Assembly (NCBI GenBank): GCA_934454405.1
Contig: CAKSFN010000007.1
Span: 64,321-128,320 of the forward strand
Direction of reading: 5' to 3'
DNA: 64,000 nt
From: an uncultured Eubacteriales bacterium
Lineage (GTDB): Bacteria; Bacillota; Clostridia; Oscillospirales; UBA644
A program made the translations under genes and the position numbers. The notes beneath the pieces were generated by a model. That model was not told where the DNA came from and made no database searches. It saw nothing but the letters and a program-made list of their open reading frames with translations. This document shows, in pieces, positions 27,131-36,910 of the stretch (position 1 is its first letter; each line of letters begins with the position of its first letter).

Positions 27131-28250
27131 CTTCCCTGTTTATTTTGACAACGCGGCCTCGACTTTTCCGAAGCCTGAAAATGTTATTCGTGCCGTGAAC
27201 AGAAACTTGCGGACGAACACATCAAACCCCGGACGAAGCGGACATCGCCTTTCCTTCGATGCGGCGGAAAGCGTATTTGAAACCCGTGAGGATGCTGCTG
27301 AATATTTCGGCTGCGAGCCGGAAAACGTCATATTCACAAAGAATGCAACGGAGGCAATAAATCTCTTGCTTTTCGGGCTTCTTGAACCCGAAGATCATGT
27401 AATAATATCCGACTTAGAGCATAATTCCGTAACTCGTCCGCTCCTTGCGCTGTCCGAGCGCGGTGTGAGTTTCGACGCTGCGGATTCTGACAATATCGAA
27501 GAATCCGTTGTTTCGCTGATAAGACGCAATACAAAACTGATTTTCGTTACCGCTGTTTCGAATGTGACCGGTAAGGCACTTCCCTTGCGTTCGCTTGCCG
27601 CAATCGCGCGTAAAAAAGGCATTCTGTTCGGAACGGACGCCTCGCAGGCAGCGGGGCATATTCCGATTAATATTAAAAAAGACGGAATTGATTATTTATG
27701 CACTTCCGGACACAAGGGGCTGTTCGGAATACAAGGCTCGGGTCTGCTGCTTATAAACAACGCTCCCCCAGCGCCGCTGCTTTTCGGAGGAACGGGAACG
27801 GAATCTCTCAGTCTTATTCAGCCGAAAATCGTTCCCGAAACGCTTGAAAGCGGAACGGTCGCAACGCCTGCGGTTATTTCCCTTCGCGAAGGCATTCGTT
27901 TTCTGAAGCAAAACCCGAAAACGCAGCATCTTGAAAAGGTGCTTGTCGGGCATACTGTTGAAGAACTGAATAAGATCGAAAATATTCGGGTTTTTTCATC
28001 TGCTGATTCAGTCGGAATCGTCGCCTTCAACATTTCGGACGCTCATTCGGAGGATGTTACCGCCTATCTGAATTCGAAAGGAATATGCGCGCGTGGAGGC
28101 TTTCATTGTTCGGCGTCGGCTCACCGAAAACTGAAAACGACCTCGACGGGTGTTGTTCGGATCAGTTTTTCTCCCTTTAACACGCTTGAAGAGGCGGATT
28201 ATTTGATAAAGTGCTTAAAAATTTATAAAAAATTGCCGTTGGGGTCTTGA
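27123..28250 (+). CDS. class V aminotransferase-fold cysteine desulfurase-like enzyme
   Basis: 375 aa with the PLP-lysine motif SGHKGL and a C-terminal RGGFHCSA motif carrying the candidate catalytic Cys. Confidence 0.85.
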   Translation: MINFPVYFDNAASTFPKPENVIRAVNRNLRTNTSNPGRSGHRLSFDAAESVFETREDAAEYFGCEPENVIFTKNATEAINLLLFGLLEPEDHVIISDLEHNSVTRPLLALSERGVSFDAADSDNIEESVVSLIRRNTKLIFVTAVSNVTGKALPLRSLAAIARKKGILFGTDASQAAGHIPINIKKDGIDYLCTSGHKGLFGIQGSGLLLINNAPPAPLLFGGTGTESLSLIQPKIVPETLESGTVATPAVISLREGIRFLKQNPKTQHLEKVLVGHTVEELNKIENIRVFSSADSVGIVAFNISDAHSEDVTAYLNSKGICARGGFHCSASAHRKLKTTSTGVVRISFSPFNTLEEADYLIKCLKIYKKLPLGS

Positions 28251-28326
28251 TTTTATTTATAAATACTGTTAAAATATAATAAGAGCGGCTGTGATGTCGA
28301 AAAAACGGTATTTAAGGGTGAAAAGT

Positions 28327-29193
28327 ATGGCTGAATTTTTGAGCAATATCGGATCGTTTTTCAGTAATCTGATATCGTCTCCGTGGCTGTTGTTGCTTGA
28401 TATTCTCGATATAGCAATTCTTGCGCTGATGATATACTATGTTCTGAAATTCATCAAGGACACAAGAGCGGCGCAGCTGTTGAAAGGTATCGTCCTTTTG
28501 ATCGCGCTGTTGTATATATCTCAGCTTCTGAAACTGACGGGCACGCATTTTATACTCAATAAAACCATTGAATACGGTATGCTCGCGATGCTTATAGTTT
28601 TTCAGCCCGAACTTCGAAGCGTGCTTGAAAACATAGGACGAAAGGGCTTGAACATTTCAAAAATCAAAAAAGACCGTATGCTGAATTTTGACGAAAGCGA
28701 CCACGCGGTCGATCAGCTGTGCGATGCGGTTGACAGGCTTTCTAAAACAAAAACGGGCGCGCTGATAGTTATTGAAAGAGAGACGAAGCTCGGCGAAATA
28801 ATCAAAACGGGAATTTCTCTTGACTGTTCCGTCGTTCCCGAGCTTTTGTGCAATATATTCTACAACAAAGCTCCCCTTCATGACGGTGCCGTTATAATAA
28901 GGGATTTCAAAATTCACGCGGCGGGTTGTTTCTTGCCGCTTACGACAAGAAGCATCGGAAACGATCTCGGAACCAGACACAGAGCCGCAATAGGCATCAG
29001 CGAAGTTTCCGACGCGATTGTCGTTGTCGTTTCCGAGGAAACGGGGATTATATCCGTGGCTTGCGAGGGCGATCTTAAACGCGATTTTACGGCGGATACG
29101 CTTCGAGCCAAGCTGAAAAAAGAGCTGCTTTCCTCGCATGAAGAGTTAAACGAAAAAGAAAAAATCGAAAAGAAGAGGAGAAAAAGCAAATGA
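28327..29193 (+). CDS. cdaA: diadenylate cyclase CdaA
   Basis: N-terminal TM helices plus a DAC domain (LHDGAVIIRD, GTRHRAAIG). I prefer ATG 28327, which has an AAGGGTG RBS; the ORF track starts at GTG 28291. Confidence 0.9.
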   Translation: MAEFLSNIGSFFSNLISSPWLLLLDILDIAILALMIYYVLKFIKDTRAAQLLKGIVLLIALLYISQLLKLTGTHFILNKTIEYGMLAMLIVFQPELRSVLENIGRKGLNISKIKKDRMLNFDESDHAVDQLCDAVDRLSKTKTGALIVIERETKLGEIIKTGISLDCSVVPELLCNIFYNKAPLHDGAVIIRDFKIHAAGCFLPLTTRSIGNDLGTRHRAAIGISEVSDAIVVVVSEETGIISVACEGDLKRDFTADTLRAKLKKELLSSHEELNEKEKIEKKRRKSK

Positions 29194-30455
29194 AAAAATT
29201 TCTGACCTCTTTGTCCGCTAAATTCTCTTCTCTTATCAGACGCAACGGCTTCCTGAAGATTATCTCCGTTATTCTTGCCGTATTCGCTTGGTTTGCGATA
29301 ATTTACTACGCAAATCCGACCAACTCCGCAGAGTTCAAAAATGTTCCGATAAAGATTCATTATGAAGGTTCCGTTCCCGGAAACAACGGACTGATGATGC
29401 TTTTGACAGACACAAATTTTACCTGCGAGGTAAAAGTCGAAGGCGGCAGAACCGCCCTTCTTGTTTTGAATGCAAACGATATTTCCGCAACGCTGAACTT
29501 TGACTCCATCGCATCCGCGGGTATATATGAAGTTCCCGTCAATGTTTCCGTTTTGAATTCGGACGTGACCTGCACATCGGTCAGTCCTTCGTCCATAAAA
29601 ATCGAATTTGTTAAGACTGCGACAAAAACGCTGGATGTCGGCGTCAGGTATGAGAATTCCCTTGCGGACGGTTATGAAATCGTTGAAGAAAACATAACCC
29701 CGAAAAAAGTCACCGTTACAGGTCCTGCGGAAATTGTAAGAACGATTTCAAGTGCTTCCACGACCGTCGATCTGGCGCTCAGCAATACAGATATTAACAC
29801 ACAGACCGGCGTTTCTCTTTTTGACAAGGACGGAAACCCCGTTGAGATGAAGTATCTGACACTTGACGTAAGCGATATTCAGACAAAACTGAAGGTCGTA
29901 TACCGGCGCACGCTTCCGCTGACAGTTGATATCGTGAACATATACGGCGGAGATGAAAGCTCTTATTCCAACATAATCTGCGATCCCGCAACGGTAACGG
30001 TTCAGGGCGACGAGGCTAAGCTTGACGCGCTCGGTGACAGAATCAGCCTCGGTCAGTTTGATGTCTCCGAAATGGGGACAGGCTCCAAAACCGTTGAGAT
30101 GATTTATCCGTCGATTGACGGCGTGACTTTTGTCTCTCCCGAAAATTCCGTTTCCGTTACCGTTCAGCTGAACGGCGCGCACACCAAAACATTGACGCTT
30201 TCTCAAAGCGAGATGAATGATCTGTTCACATACACGCAGAAGCCGAACGGAACCGTTCCGAGAATCACGTCTCAAAGGCTGAACATCAAAGTCCGCTCCA
30301 ATAAAATCAACGATATAACCATCAATTCTCTGCACTACTCGATTAATTTCAACGAGAAGAATGAACGCGGACAGTACAGGGTCGTTATAACAAACAAGTC
30401 CGGTGTTCCCGTCGGAATTGTCGGCAAATACTATGTAAACGTGGATCTCGAATGA
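29190..30455 (+). CDS. cdaR: CdaA regulatory protein CdaR (YbbR-domain repeats)
   Basis: 421 aa with an N-terminal anchor and repeated beta-rich modules. It is translationally coupled to cdaA. Confidence 0.8.
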   Translation: MKKFLTSLSAKFSSLIRRNGFLKIISVILAVFAWFAIIYYANPTNSAEFKNVPIKIHYEGSVPGNNGLMMLLTDTNFTCEVKVEGGRTALLVLNANDISATLNFDSIASAGIYEVPVNVSVLNSDVTCTSVSPSSIKIEFVKTATKTLDVGVRYENSLADGYEIVEENITPKKVTVTGPAEIVRTISSASTTVDLALSNTDINTQTGVSLFDKDGNPVEMKYLTLDVSDIQTKLKVVYRRTLPLTVDIVNIYGGDESSYSNIICDPATVTVQGDEAKLDALGDRISLGQFDVSEMGTGSKTVEMIYPSIDGVTFVSPENSVSVTVQLNGAHTKTLTLSQSEMNDLFTYTQKPNGTVPRITSQRLNIKVRSNKINDITINSLHYSINFNEKNERGQYRVVITNKSGVPVGIVGKYYVNVDLE

Positions 30456-31975
30456 AAATAATACAGGGCATATCCGCCTCCGTTCGCGAGGCGGAGGCTT
30501 CTGTTATCGAACGGGTACGGAAAAACCTTGAACTTGATGTTTCCGTACCCGTTTCCGTATACAGAAGATCGATTGATGCAAGAAAGCGGTCGGACATCAA
30601 ATATGTTTATTCTCTTGCCGTTGAAACGGATAAGAAAATACCGAATGCGGTGGTGACCTGCAAATACTCCTTCTCCCGCGACAAGAAATACGTCGGTGAA
30701 CGCCCTCTGATTGTCGGAATGGGACCGGCGGGGCTTTTTTGCGCGTATTTACTTGCTCTTAACGGCGCGAAGCCCATTATTATAGACAGAGGCAAGGACG
30801 TTGACCGCCGAGCGAGGGATGTTCAAAAGTTCTGGAACGGCGGCGCGATCTGTCCTGATTCAAACGTTCAGTTCGGCGAAGGCGGAGCAGGTTCTTTTTC
30901 CGACGGCAAGCTTGTAACAAGGATAACAGATCCGAGGTGCCGCTTTGTGCTGGAAACATTTGTGAGGTTCGGCGCAGACCCCGATATTCTCAAAAATGCA
31001 AAACCGCACGTCGGAACAGACGCCCTTCGGAATGTTGTTCGCAATATGCGAAACGAGATTGTCCGTCTCGGAGGAACCGTTCGTTTTCAGACAAAGCTTA
31101 CGGGGCTTGATATTTCCGAAAACGGCGTAAAGGGAGTTTTTCTCAACGACGAAAGATATGACTGCGGAATTTGTGTTCTCGCCGTGGGAAACGGCGCGCG
31201 TGACACATACCGTATGCTGCTTGAACAGCCCCTGCAAATTGCCCCCAAACCGTTCTCTGTCGGTTTCCGAATGGAACATCTGCAGGAAGATATCAATCGC
31301 GCCATGTACGGCGATTTTGCCGATATACTGCCTGCTGCCGACTATTCTTTTTCAAAAGTTTTTGATAAAACAAAGGGGCTTGCCGCTTATACATTTTGTA
31401 TGTGTCCCGGCGGCTATGTCATTAACGCTTCATCGGATCCCGACGGAACAGTAACAAACGGAATGAGTTATCACGCAAGAGACGGCAGAAACGCAAACTC
31501 CGCAATGCTTGCGTCCGTTTCGTTCGACAGTCCGCAAAAAGGTCTTGATTTTCAGCGTAAGCTGGAACAAACTGCTTTTTGTCTCGGAAACGGCAAAGCC
31601 CCCGCTTCCCTGCTTCAAGATTTTTTGAACGGCGAAAAAACAAAACGCTGCGGTCGCGTACAGCCGACGTTCTTGCCCGGAACCGAGTTCTGCGACCTCA
31701 ACGCGTTATTTCCTTCTCCTGTTTCGGATATGCTCAAAACAGGGCTTGCAGCGTTCGGGAAACGGATCTTCAGCGACGGAGAGGCTGTTTTGACAGGAGT
31801 TGAAACAAGAACTTCCGCTCCCCTGCGTATCCTGCGGAATCCGCAAACGCTTGAATCCGTCGGATGTCCAGGGCTTTACCCCTGCGGTGAAGGTGCAGGA
31901 TATTCGGGCGGCATAACGAGTTCCGCCGTAGACGGAATTAAAGTTGCGGAGGCAATATCGGAGAGAAATATATGA
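30452..31975 (+). CDS. FAD-dependent dehydrogenase (COG2509-like)
   Basis: 507 aa with the dinucleotide fold motif IVGMGPAGLFCA and a C-terminal GEGAGYSGGI motif. Confidence 0.8.
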   Translation: MKIIQGISASVREAEASVIERVRKNLELDVSVPVSVYRRSIDARKRSDIKYVYSLAVETDKKIPNAVVTCKYSFSRDKKYVGERPLIVGMGPAGLFCAYLLALNGAKPIIIDRGKDVDRRARDVQKFWNGGAICPDSNVQFGEGGAGSFSDGKLVTRITDPRCRFVLETFVRFGADPDILKNAKPHVGTDALRNVVRNMRNEIVRLGGTVRFQTKLTGLDISENGVKGVFLNDERYDCGICVLAVGNGARDTYRMLLEQPLQIAPKPFSVGFRMEHLQEDINRAMYGDFADILPAADYSFSKVFDKTKGLAAYTFCMCPGGYVINASSDPDGTVTNGMSYHARDGRNANSAMLASVSFDSPQKGLDFQRKLEQTAFCLGNGKAPASLLQDFLNGEKTKRCGRVQPTFLPGTEFCDLNALFPSPVSDMLKTGLAAFGKRIFSDGEAVLTGVETRTSAPLRILRNPQTLESVGCPGLYPCGEGAGYSGGITSSAVDGIKVAEAISERNI

Positions 31976-32379
31976 CTGTTGTCGGAATTGTTGAGAAAAC
32001 CAAGGGAAAAACGGTTGTTGTTAAAACAAAACGCCCCGCGTCGTGCGAGCATTGCCCGACGGCGTCCGTCTGCAATAAAAAAGAAATAAGAATGAATGTT
32101 CCGAACACTGTTGGCGCAAAAATCGGCGACACCGTTCGCGTTTATATCGAAAATGACGGTTCAGCGCTCGGCGTGCTGGCGTATATGTTTCTTACGCCGC
32201 TCTTAATACTTGCAGCAGGATATGCTCTGTTTATTCTTCACCGTTGGCTTGTTATTTTTGCGATCGCCCTGCTTATCCCCTATTATATCGGGCTTCGCTT
32301 TTTCAATAAATCCTTCGGAACAAAGGCGTATATTTCGGAGATTTTACCCGACGGATACAACGATGAGCTTTGTAATTGA
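31972..32379 (+). CDS. RseC/MucC-family (SoxR-reducing system) protein
   Basis: 135 aa with an N-terminal beta domain carrying Cys residues (CEHCPTASVC) and two C-terminal TM helices. Confidence 0.7.
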   Translation: MTVVGIVEKTKGKTVVVKTKRPASCEHCPTASVCNKKEIRMNVPNTVGAKIGDTVRVYIENDGSALGVLAYMFLTPLLILAAGYALFILHRWLVIFAIALLIPYYIGLRFFNKSFGTKAYISEILPDGYNDELCN

Positions 32380-32420
32380 GTTTTTCGGTCGGCAAAAATT
32401 TCGGTTTTTAAAGTAAATCA

Positions 32421-32454
32421 GAGGCTGTAAAAACCTTGCGGTTTTTACAGCCTC
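32421..32454. terminator. bidirectional terminator between convergent operons
   Basis: GAGGCTGTAAAAACC, loop TTGC, GGTTTTTACAGCCTC: a perfect 15-bp stem. Confidence 0.8.
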
Positions 32455-32484
32455 CTTCCCTTTTCGGGATAATATATGCGGTTC

Positions 32485-33585
32485 TTATTTAATCGTTTCG
32501 CTGTTGTTGATGACCGATGCGGAGTAAAGGAAAAGCGCGTCGTCGATCTGCGAAAAATCAATGAGTTTTGCGAGTGCCGACGGGGAGATATAGCGAATAT
32601 CGACAAGTATTATTTCGGAATACCCCTGCGCAAGAAGCGGAGCAATACTGCTTCCGAACGAATCGCGGAAAACAACTATCTTACGCTCTCTTTCGGCAGA
32701 CGGGTTTTTGATGGTGATTATCGAACGGGCGCCGCCGAGAAACATCTCATACGGGTCGCGTCCCGCAGCCGCTTTAAGGTCGTAAACAGGAATTTCCGAC
32801 GCGGTTTCGGCATTATACACCTTCAATCCGCGAATCACGGCATTGTCGATATATTTAAGCCGTTCCGACGCGTGCGGCAGCGCTGCCTGCCCGTAGGAAA
32901 CCCCGTAAAAATTGATTCCCGCATCGTGCGTTTCATATTCACCGATAGGTTTTGACCCCATTTTTCTTGCAATTTCGGCGGCGACATCCAATATTTTTTC
33001 CTGTCGCCAATGCAAGTCCGTAAAATAGAAATCGTCGGCTGAAAGAAGCCCGAAAATATCAATATAACCGGCTTCGGGAAAGCTCTTGCGCAAACGGGAC
33101 ACAATCTCGTTGAAATCTTTATCAGGATAGCCGTTTTTTGAGGCGAGAAAAGTGTTCTTGTCGGGAATTACGCTCAGATATGTTTTAATTCCGGGCTTTT
33201 TAAGGTAGTTTTCATAAACATACCGAAAACGCCGCGCGGCATGATCGACTGACGATGGTTTTGTCGGAAAATCAAGCTTTGCAAGATGATCGCCGACGGA
33301 ATACAGTCCGTTATTGTCTTTCTGCGCAAACACTTTTGTGGCGGCGACGGCTTTCAGCGTTCGAAAATCGTCTCGCAGAGGAAACTGGTCAAGCATGTAT
33401 TTTTCAAAGCCGTTCATAAAGCTTCCGTCGGCAACGGATGAAAAAGACAGCGTCGGACGTTTTGCGAGAAGCCGCCTTTCGGTTCGCGATTCATCAACAT
33501 CGGGCGAAAGCAGAAACCAAACGGCAAAAACGGCGATAAAACCGAGAGGTAACGTCAAAGTCAGTATTTGTTGGATTTTTTTCAT
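32485..33585 (-). CDS. DHHW/AlgX-AlgJ-like extracytoplasmic acyltransferase partner
   Basis: 366 aa with an N-terminal anchor, a DxHW-type motif (FTDLHWR) and an RDSFG motif. It lies immediately downstream of the MBOAT gene. Confidence 0.75.
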   Translation of the reverse strand: MKKIQQILTLTLPLGFIAVFAVWFLLSPDVDESRTERRLLAKRPTLSFSSVADGSFMNGFEKYMLDQFPLRDDFRTLKAVAATKVFAQKDNNGLYSVGDHLAKLDFPTKPSSVDHAARRFRYVYENYLKKPGIKTYLSVIPDKNTFLASKNGYPDKDFNEIVSRLRKSFPEAGYIDIFGLLSADDFYFTDLHWRQEKILDVAAEIARKMGSKPIGEYETHDAGINFYGVSYGQAALPHASERLKYIDNAVIRGLKVYNAETASEIPVYDLKAAAGRDPYEMFLGGARSIITIKNPSAERERKIVVFRDSFGSSIAPLLAQGYSEIILVDIRYISPSALAKLIDFSQIDDALFLYSASVINNSETIK

Positions 33586-33620
33586 AGTGTACCCTTTATA
33601 AATATGTGCGGAAAAATAAG

Positions 33621-35018
33621 TTAAAATCTGAAATAAACAAACGGGTTAAACGATCCGTCGATAAGATACGCCGTGCATAATGCTATGGAGGCGAGCGCTG
33701 CCAAAGGCGTGACAACCGCAAGGATTTTGCCGCCGTATTTTCTTAAACCGATTTTTTCGTAAAGAAATTTCGGTAAAGGCGTCGCGCCGATTACGGCGAC
33801 AACGAGCAGCACGATGTTGCTTTTCAGATAATATAGCGAGACGGTATTAGCGGCGGGGATTCCGCCGAAGCCGAACAGCGCCTTGAAGCTTGTGAGTGCG
33901 TCCGAGACGCTTGCCGAGTCAAACAGGATAAATCCGAGCATGACAAACAGCAGCGTATAAATATGCATCGGCACCGCAAACCGTATCTTCGGATGTAAAA
34001 CATACTTTTCAAACAGTAAAAGCGCCGCGTAGAGAAGCCCCCACAACACAAAATTCCACGACGCTCCGTGCCAGAAACCCGTAGCCGCCCAAACGACAAG
34101 AATGTTAATAACGTGTCTGAAAGGCTTTACGCGGTTTCCGCCGAGCGGAATATAAAGATAGTCGCGGAACCAACCGCCGAGAGAAATGTGCCAGCGGCGC
34201 CAAAACTCCGTGATACTTGCGGAAATATACGGATAATTGAAGTTTTCGGAAAAGCGGAAGCCGAAGATTCGCCCCAAGCCTATCGCCATATCGGAATATC
34301 CCGAAAAATCAAAATATATGTGCAGCATATACGCCAAAGCATACAGCCAATAGAACAGCACGGTTTTTTCATTGTATGCCTTAAATTCGGATACGAGCAG
34401 CGCCGCAGAATTTGCAAGAAGGATTTTTTTTGCGAGTCCGATTGAAAAACGCCTGATTCCCTCTGATGCGTCGGCAAGCGTAGTCTTTCGGTTTTTCAGG
34501 CTTCCCGCGATGTCGGAATAGCGAACGATCGGACCTGCGATCAGCTGCGGAAACATCGCAACATACATTGCGAGATCGATAAAATTACGCTGCGCGGGAA
34601 CATCGCCGCGATAAACATCAACAACATAGCTCAAAATCTGAAAAGTATAAAAACTGATGCCGACGGGCAGCGCAACATTCAGGAGCGGCACGGAAAGCCC
34701 CGTTACAGCATTGAAATTTTCGATAAAAAAGTCTGCATACTTGCAGTACGCCAGCAGACCGAGACTTGCGACAGCCGAAAGAGCAAGCGCAAGCTTCGCG
34801 ATTTTTTTTCCGCGAAAACGCTCTACCAAAAGAGCGGCGATATATGACTGCGTCACCGATAAGAGCATAAAAACAAGATATTTCGGTTCTCCCCAACCGT
34901 AGAAAATCAGACTCGCCGCAAGAAGAATAAAGTTTTTCAGACGGTCGGGAACGACGAAATATACAAGCAGAACGCACGGTAAAAAGCAGTACAAAAACGT
35001 TATACTTGAAAACAACAT
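33621..35018 (-). CDS. MBOAT-family membrane O-acyltransferase (AlgI/DltB-like)
   Basis: 465 aa, multi-TM, with the conserved His motif GFWHGASWNF. Confidence 0.9.
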   Translation of the reverse strand: MLFSSITFLYCFLPCVLLVYFVVPDRLKNFILLAASLIFYGWGEPKYLVFMLLSVTQSYIAALLVERFRGKKIAKLALALSAVASLGLLAYCKYADFFIENFNAVTGLSVPLLNVALPVGISFYTFQILSYVVDVYRGDVPAQRNFIDLAMYVAMFPQLIAGPIVRYSDIAGSLKNRKTTLADASEGIRRFSIGLAKKILLANSAALLVSEFKAYNEKTVLFYWLYALAYMLHIYFDFSGYSDMAIGLGRIFGFRFSENFNYPYISASITEFWRRWHISLGGWFRDYLYIPLGGNRVKPFRHVINILVVWAATGFWHGASWNFVLWGLLYAALLLFEKYVLHPKIRFAVPMHIYTLLFVMLGFILFDSASVSDALTSFKALFGFGGIPAANTVSLYYLKSNIVLLVVAVIGATPLPKFLYEKIGLRKYGGKILAVVTPLAALASIALCTAYLIDGSFNPFVYFRF

Positions 35019-35027
35019 AGTTCTTTT

Positions 35028-35618
35028 TTACGCGATGGGAACATCGAAAAGCTGTCTTACGGAGCCGTATGAAGCAGTGAGTTTTGCGGTAAAGGTGCTT
35101 ATAAGCTCAGCGGCACCGAAAACCGAAACGATATAATCGCCGACGGTCATTATAACGAGTTTTTCGGGAAAACCGCACATCCAATTGCGCGCAAGAACAT
35201 TGTCTTTAATTTTGGCGGCAAGAGCTTCGACGTCAGCGGAATTTTTGACATGATATACGCCGCAGGTAAAAGTGTTTTGATTCAGCATATGAAGAAGCGA
35301 GGCGGCATCGTCCAGTTTGCCGACTTCCGCTTTCGGGAAACCCAGCTCGAAATCAAGGGCTTCCGCGTCTCCGAGATCGAATTTACCGGGAGCGTCTTCC
35401 TTCATATTCTTCTCGGAGCCTCCCATCGCCGCAAATTTGTCGTCCGCCGAATACTTTTTCCAGACGGTTTCAAGTATTTCCAATGCGCTTTTGGGACCTT
35501 TGTTCTGAACGTCCGCCGCGGAAGTTCCCGTTGTAACATCTTCTTTGTCTTTTTTTGTGCAGGAGACAAGCGAAAATACCAAAACGGCAGCAATAGCAAG
35601 TGTAAGAATTTTTTTCAT
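35028..35618 (-). CDS. lipoprotein of unknown function (first gene of the MBOAT operon)
   Basis: 196 aa with a signal peptide and lipobox (LVFSLVSC). Confidence 0.75.
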   Translation of the reverse strand: MKKILTLAIAAVLVFSLVSCTKKDKEDVTTGTSAADVQNKGPKSALEILETVWKKYSADDKFAAMGGSEKNMKEDAPGKFDLGDAEALDFELGFPKAEVGKLDDAASLLHMLNQNTFTCGVYHVKNSADVEALAAKIKDNVLARNWMCGFPEKLVIMTVGDYIVSVFGAAELISTFTAKLTASYGSVRQLFDVPIA

Positions 35619-35713
35619 AAAAGGTGTTCCTTTCGCTGTGAATTTTTATTATCCATAGTGATATTATTTCCGTAAAAAGTCGTCGGTAAACTCCGACCGT
35701 AAAGTTTTCCCGT

Positions 35714-36910
35714 TTATTTAACGGGCAGAATGATCTCAAACACGGCTCCGTTGTCGTTCATCGCGCGTACCGTGCCCTTGTGAATAGTCACAATTTCCTT
35801 TACAAGGGCAAGACCTATCCCCGTTCCGCCCTTACGGGCGCTGAAAAAACGGTCGAAAATACGGGGAAGAAGTTCAGGCTCGATGCCTTCGCCGTCGTCG
35901 CGTATGCGGATAACGGCTTTGCCTTTTTCTTCCGCGCATTCTATCCGTATCTCGCTTTTTGCGTAGCGCAGCGCGTTTGAGATTATGTTTGTGAAAGCGC
36001 GGCGAAGCTGAATTTCATCACAGTTTACCAAAACGGGCTTGTCCGCAAAGCACGGTGTAATACGCAGGTTTTTTTGTTCCGCAATATGCTCCGCGCCGCG
36101 CAGACAGTCATACAGAAGTTCTCGCGCATCAACTGAATGAAACTCCGACTTAAACTGCCCCGCCTCCAAACGGGAGAGTGCAAGAAGCTCCTCAATCAGG
36201 TAGGACATCTGCTCGTTTTCTTCAAGAATAACTCTTGACGCTTCCTTCGGCTCCAAAACGCCGGTATGGATTCCCTCCGCGCAGCCCTGAACCGCCATCA
36301 TCGGCGTTTTGAGTTCGTGCGACACGTTCTGAAAAAACCATTTCTGCGATTCGTGCGCTTTTTCCACATACCCTCCGAGCTTCCACCCGAAGAGACATAC
36401 AAGAACGGTCAAAACGACAAGTATCGCAAAAAACGCGGCATTCAGATAATCCGCATATTGCATAACCGCTCCGATATCGACGTAAAGTATGTATGAAAAC
36501 GCGTCGTTTCGTCCGCCGTCCTCACCTCTTGTTATGCGGTACACAAAGCGGCTGCCGCCGGCTTTCAGCGTATGAAATTCGTCGGAGGAAGGCTTCTCCC
36601 TGCGGCAGTATTCCCTCAGCTGATATTCGGCTTTTGAGAGATGCTCGGGTTCAAAAAGTTCCCCTTCGATTTCAAGATATCGGACGCTCGGAGTAAGAAA
36701 ATGCTCCTCCTCGTCCTCATCATCCTCTTCGTCTTTCGCTTTGTCAAAAGGAACGGGCGACTTGCGTTCATCTTCCAAAAGTATGGCTTTTCGCGCTTCC
36801 GCCGTCAGGTATTCGGGAATTAAAACGTTTACCGTGGTCAGCAGAGTTAAAAAGACGAGAAACATCGTGCCGAGAACGGCAAGCGTTATTTTTCTTCTGA
36901 TGTGCTTCAT
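35714..36910 (-). CDS. sensor histidine kinase
   Basis: 398 aa from ATG 36910, which overlaps the regulator stop. It has two TM helices flanking an acidic loop, an H-box SHELKTPM, and a G2 box GTGIGLALV. Confidence 0.9.
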   Translation of the reverse strand: MKHIRRKITLAVLGTMFLVFLTLLTTVNVLIPEYLTAEARKAILLEDERKSPVPFDKAKDEEDDEDEEEHFLTPSVRYLEIEGELFEPEHLSKAEYQLREYCRREKPSSDEFHTLKAGGSRFVYRITRGEDGGRNDAFSYILYVDIGAVMQYADYLNAAFFAILVVLTVLVCLFGWKLGGYVEKAHESQKWFFQNVSHELKTPMMAVQGCAEGIHTGVLEPKEASRVILEENEQMSYLIEELLALSRLEAGQFKSEFHSVDARELLYDCLRGAEHIAEQKNLRITPCFADKPVLVNCDEIQLRRAFTNIISNALRYAKSEIRIECAEEKGKAVIRIRDDGEGIEPELLPRIFDRFFSARKGGTGIGLALVKEIVTIHKGTVRAMNDNGAVFEIILPVK

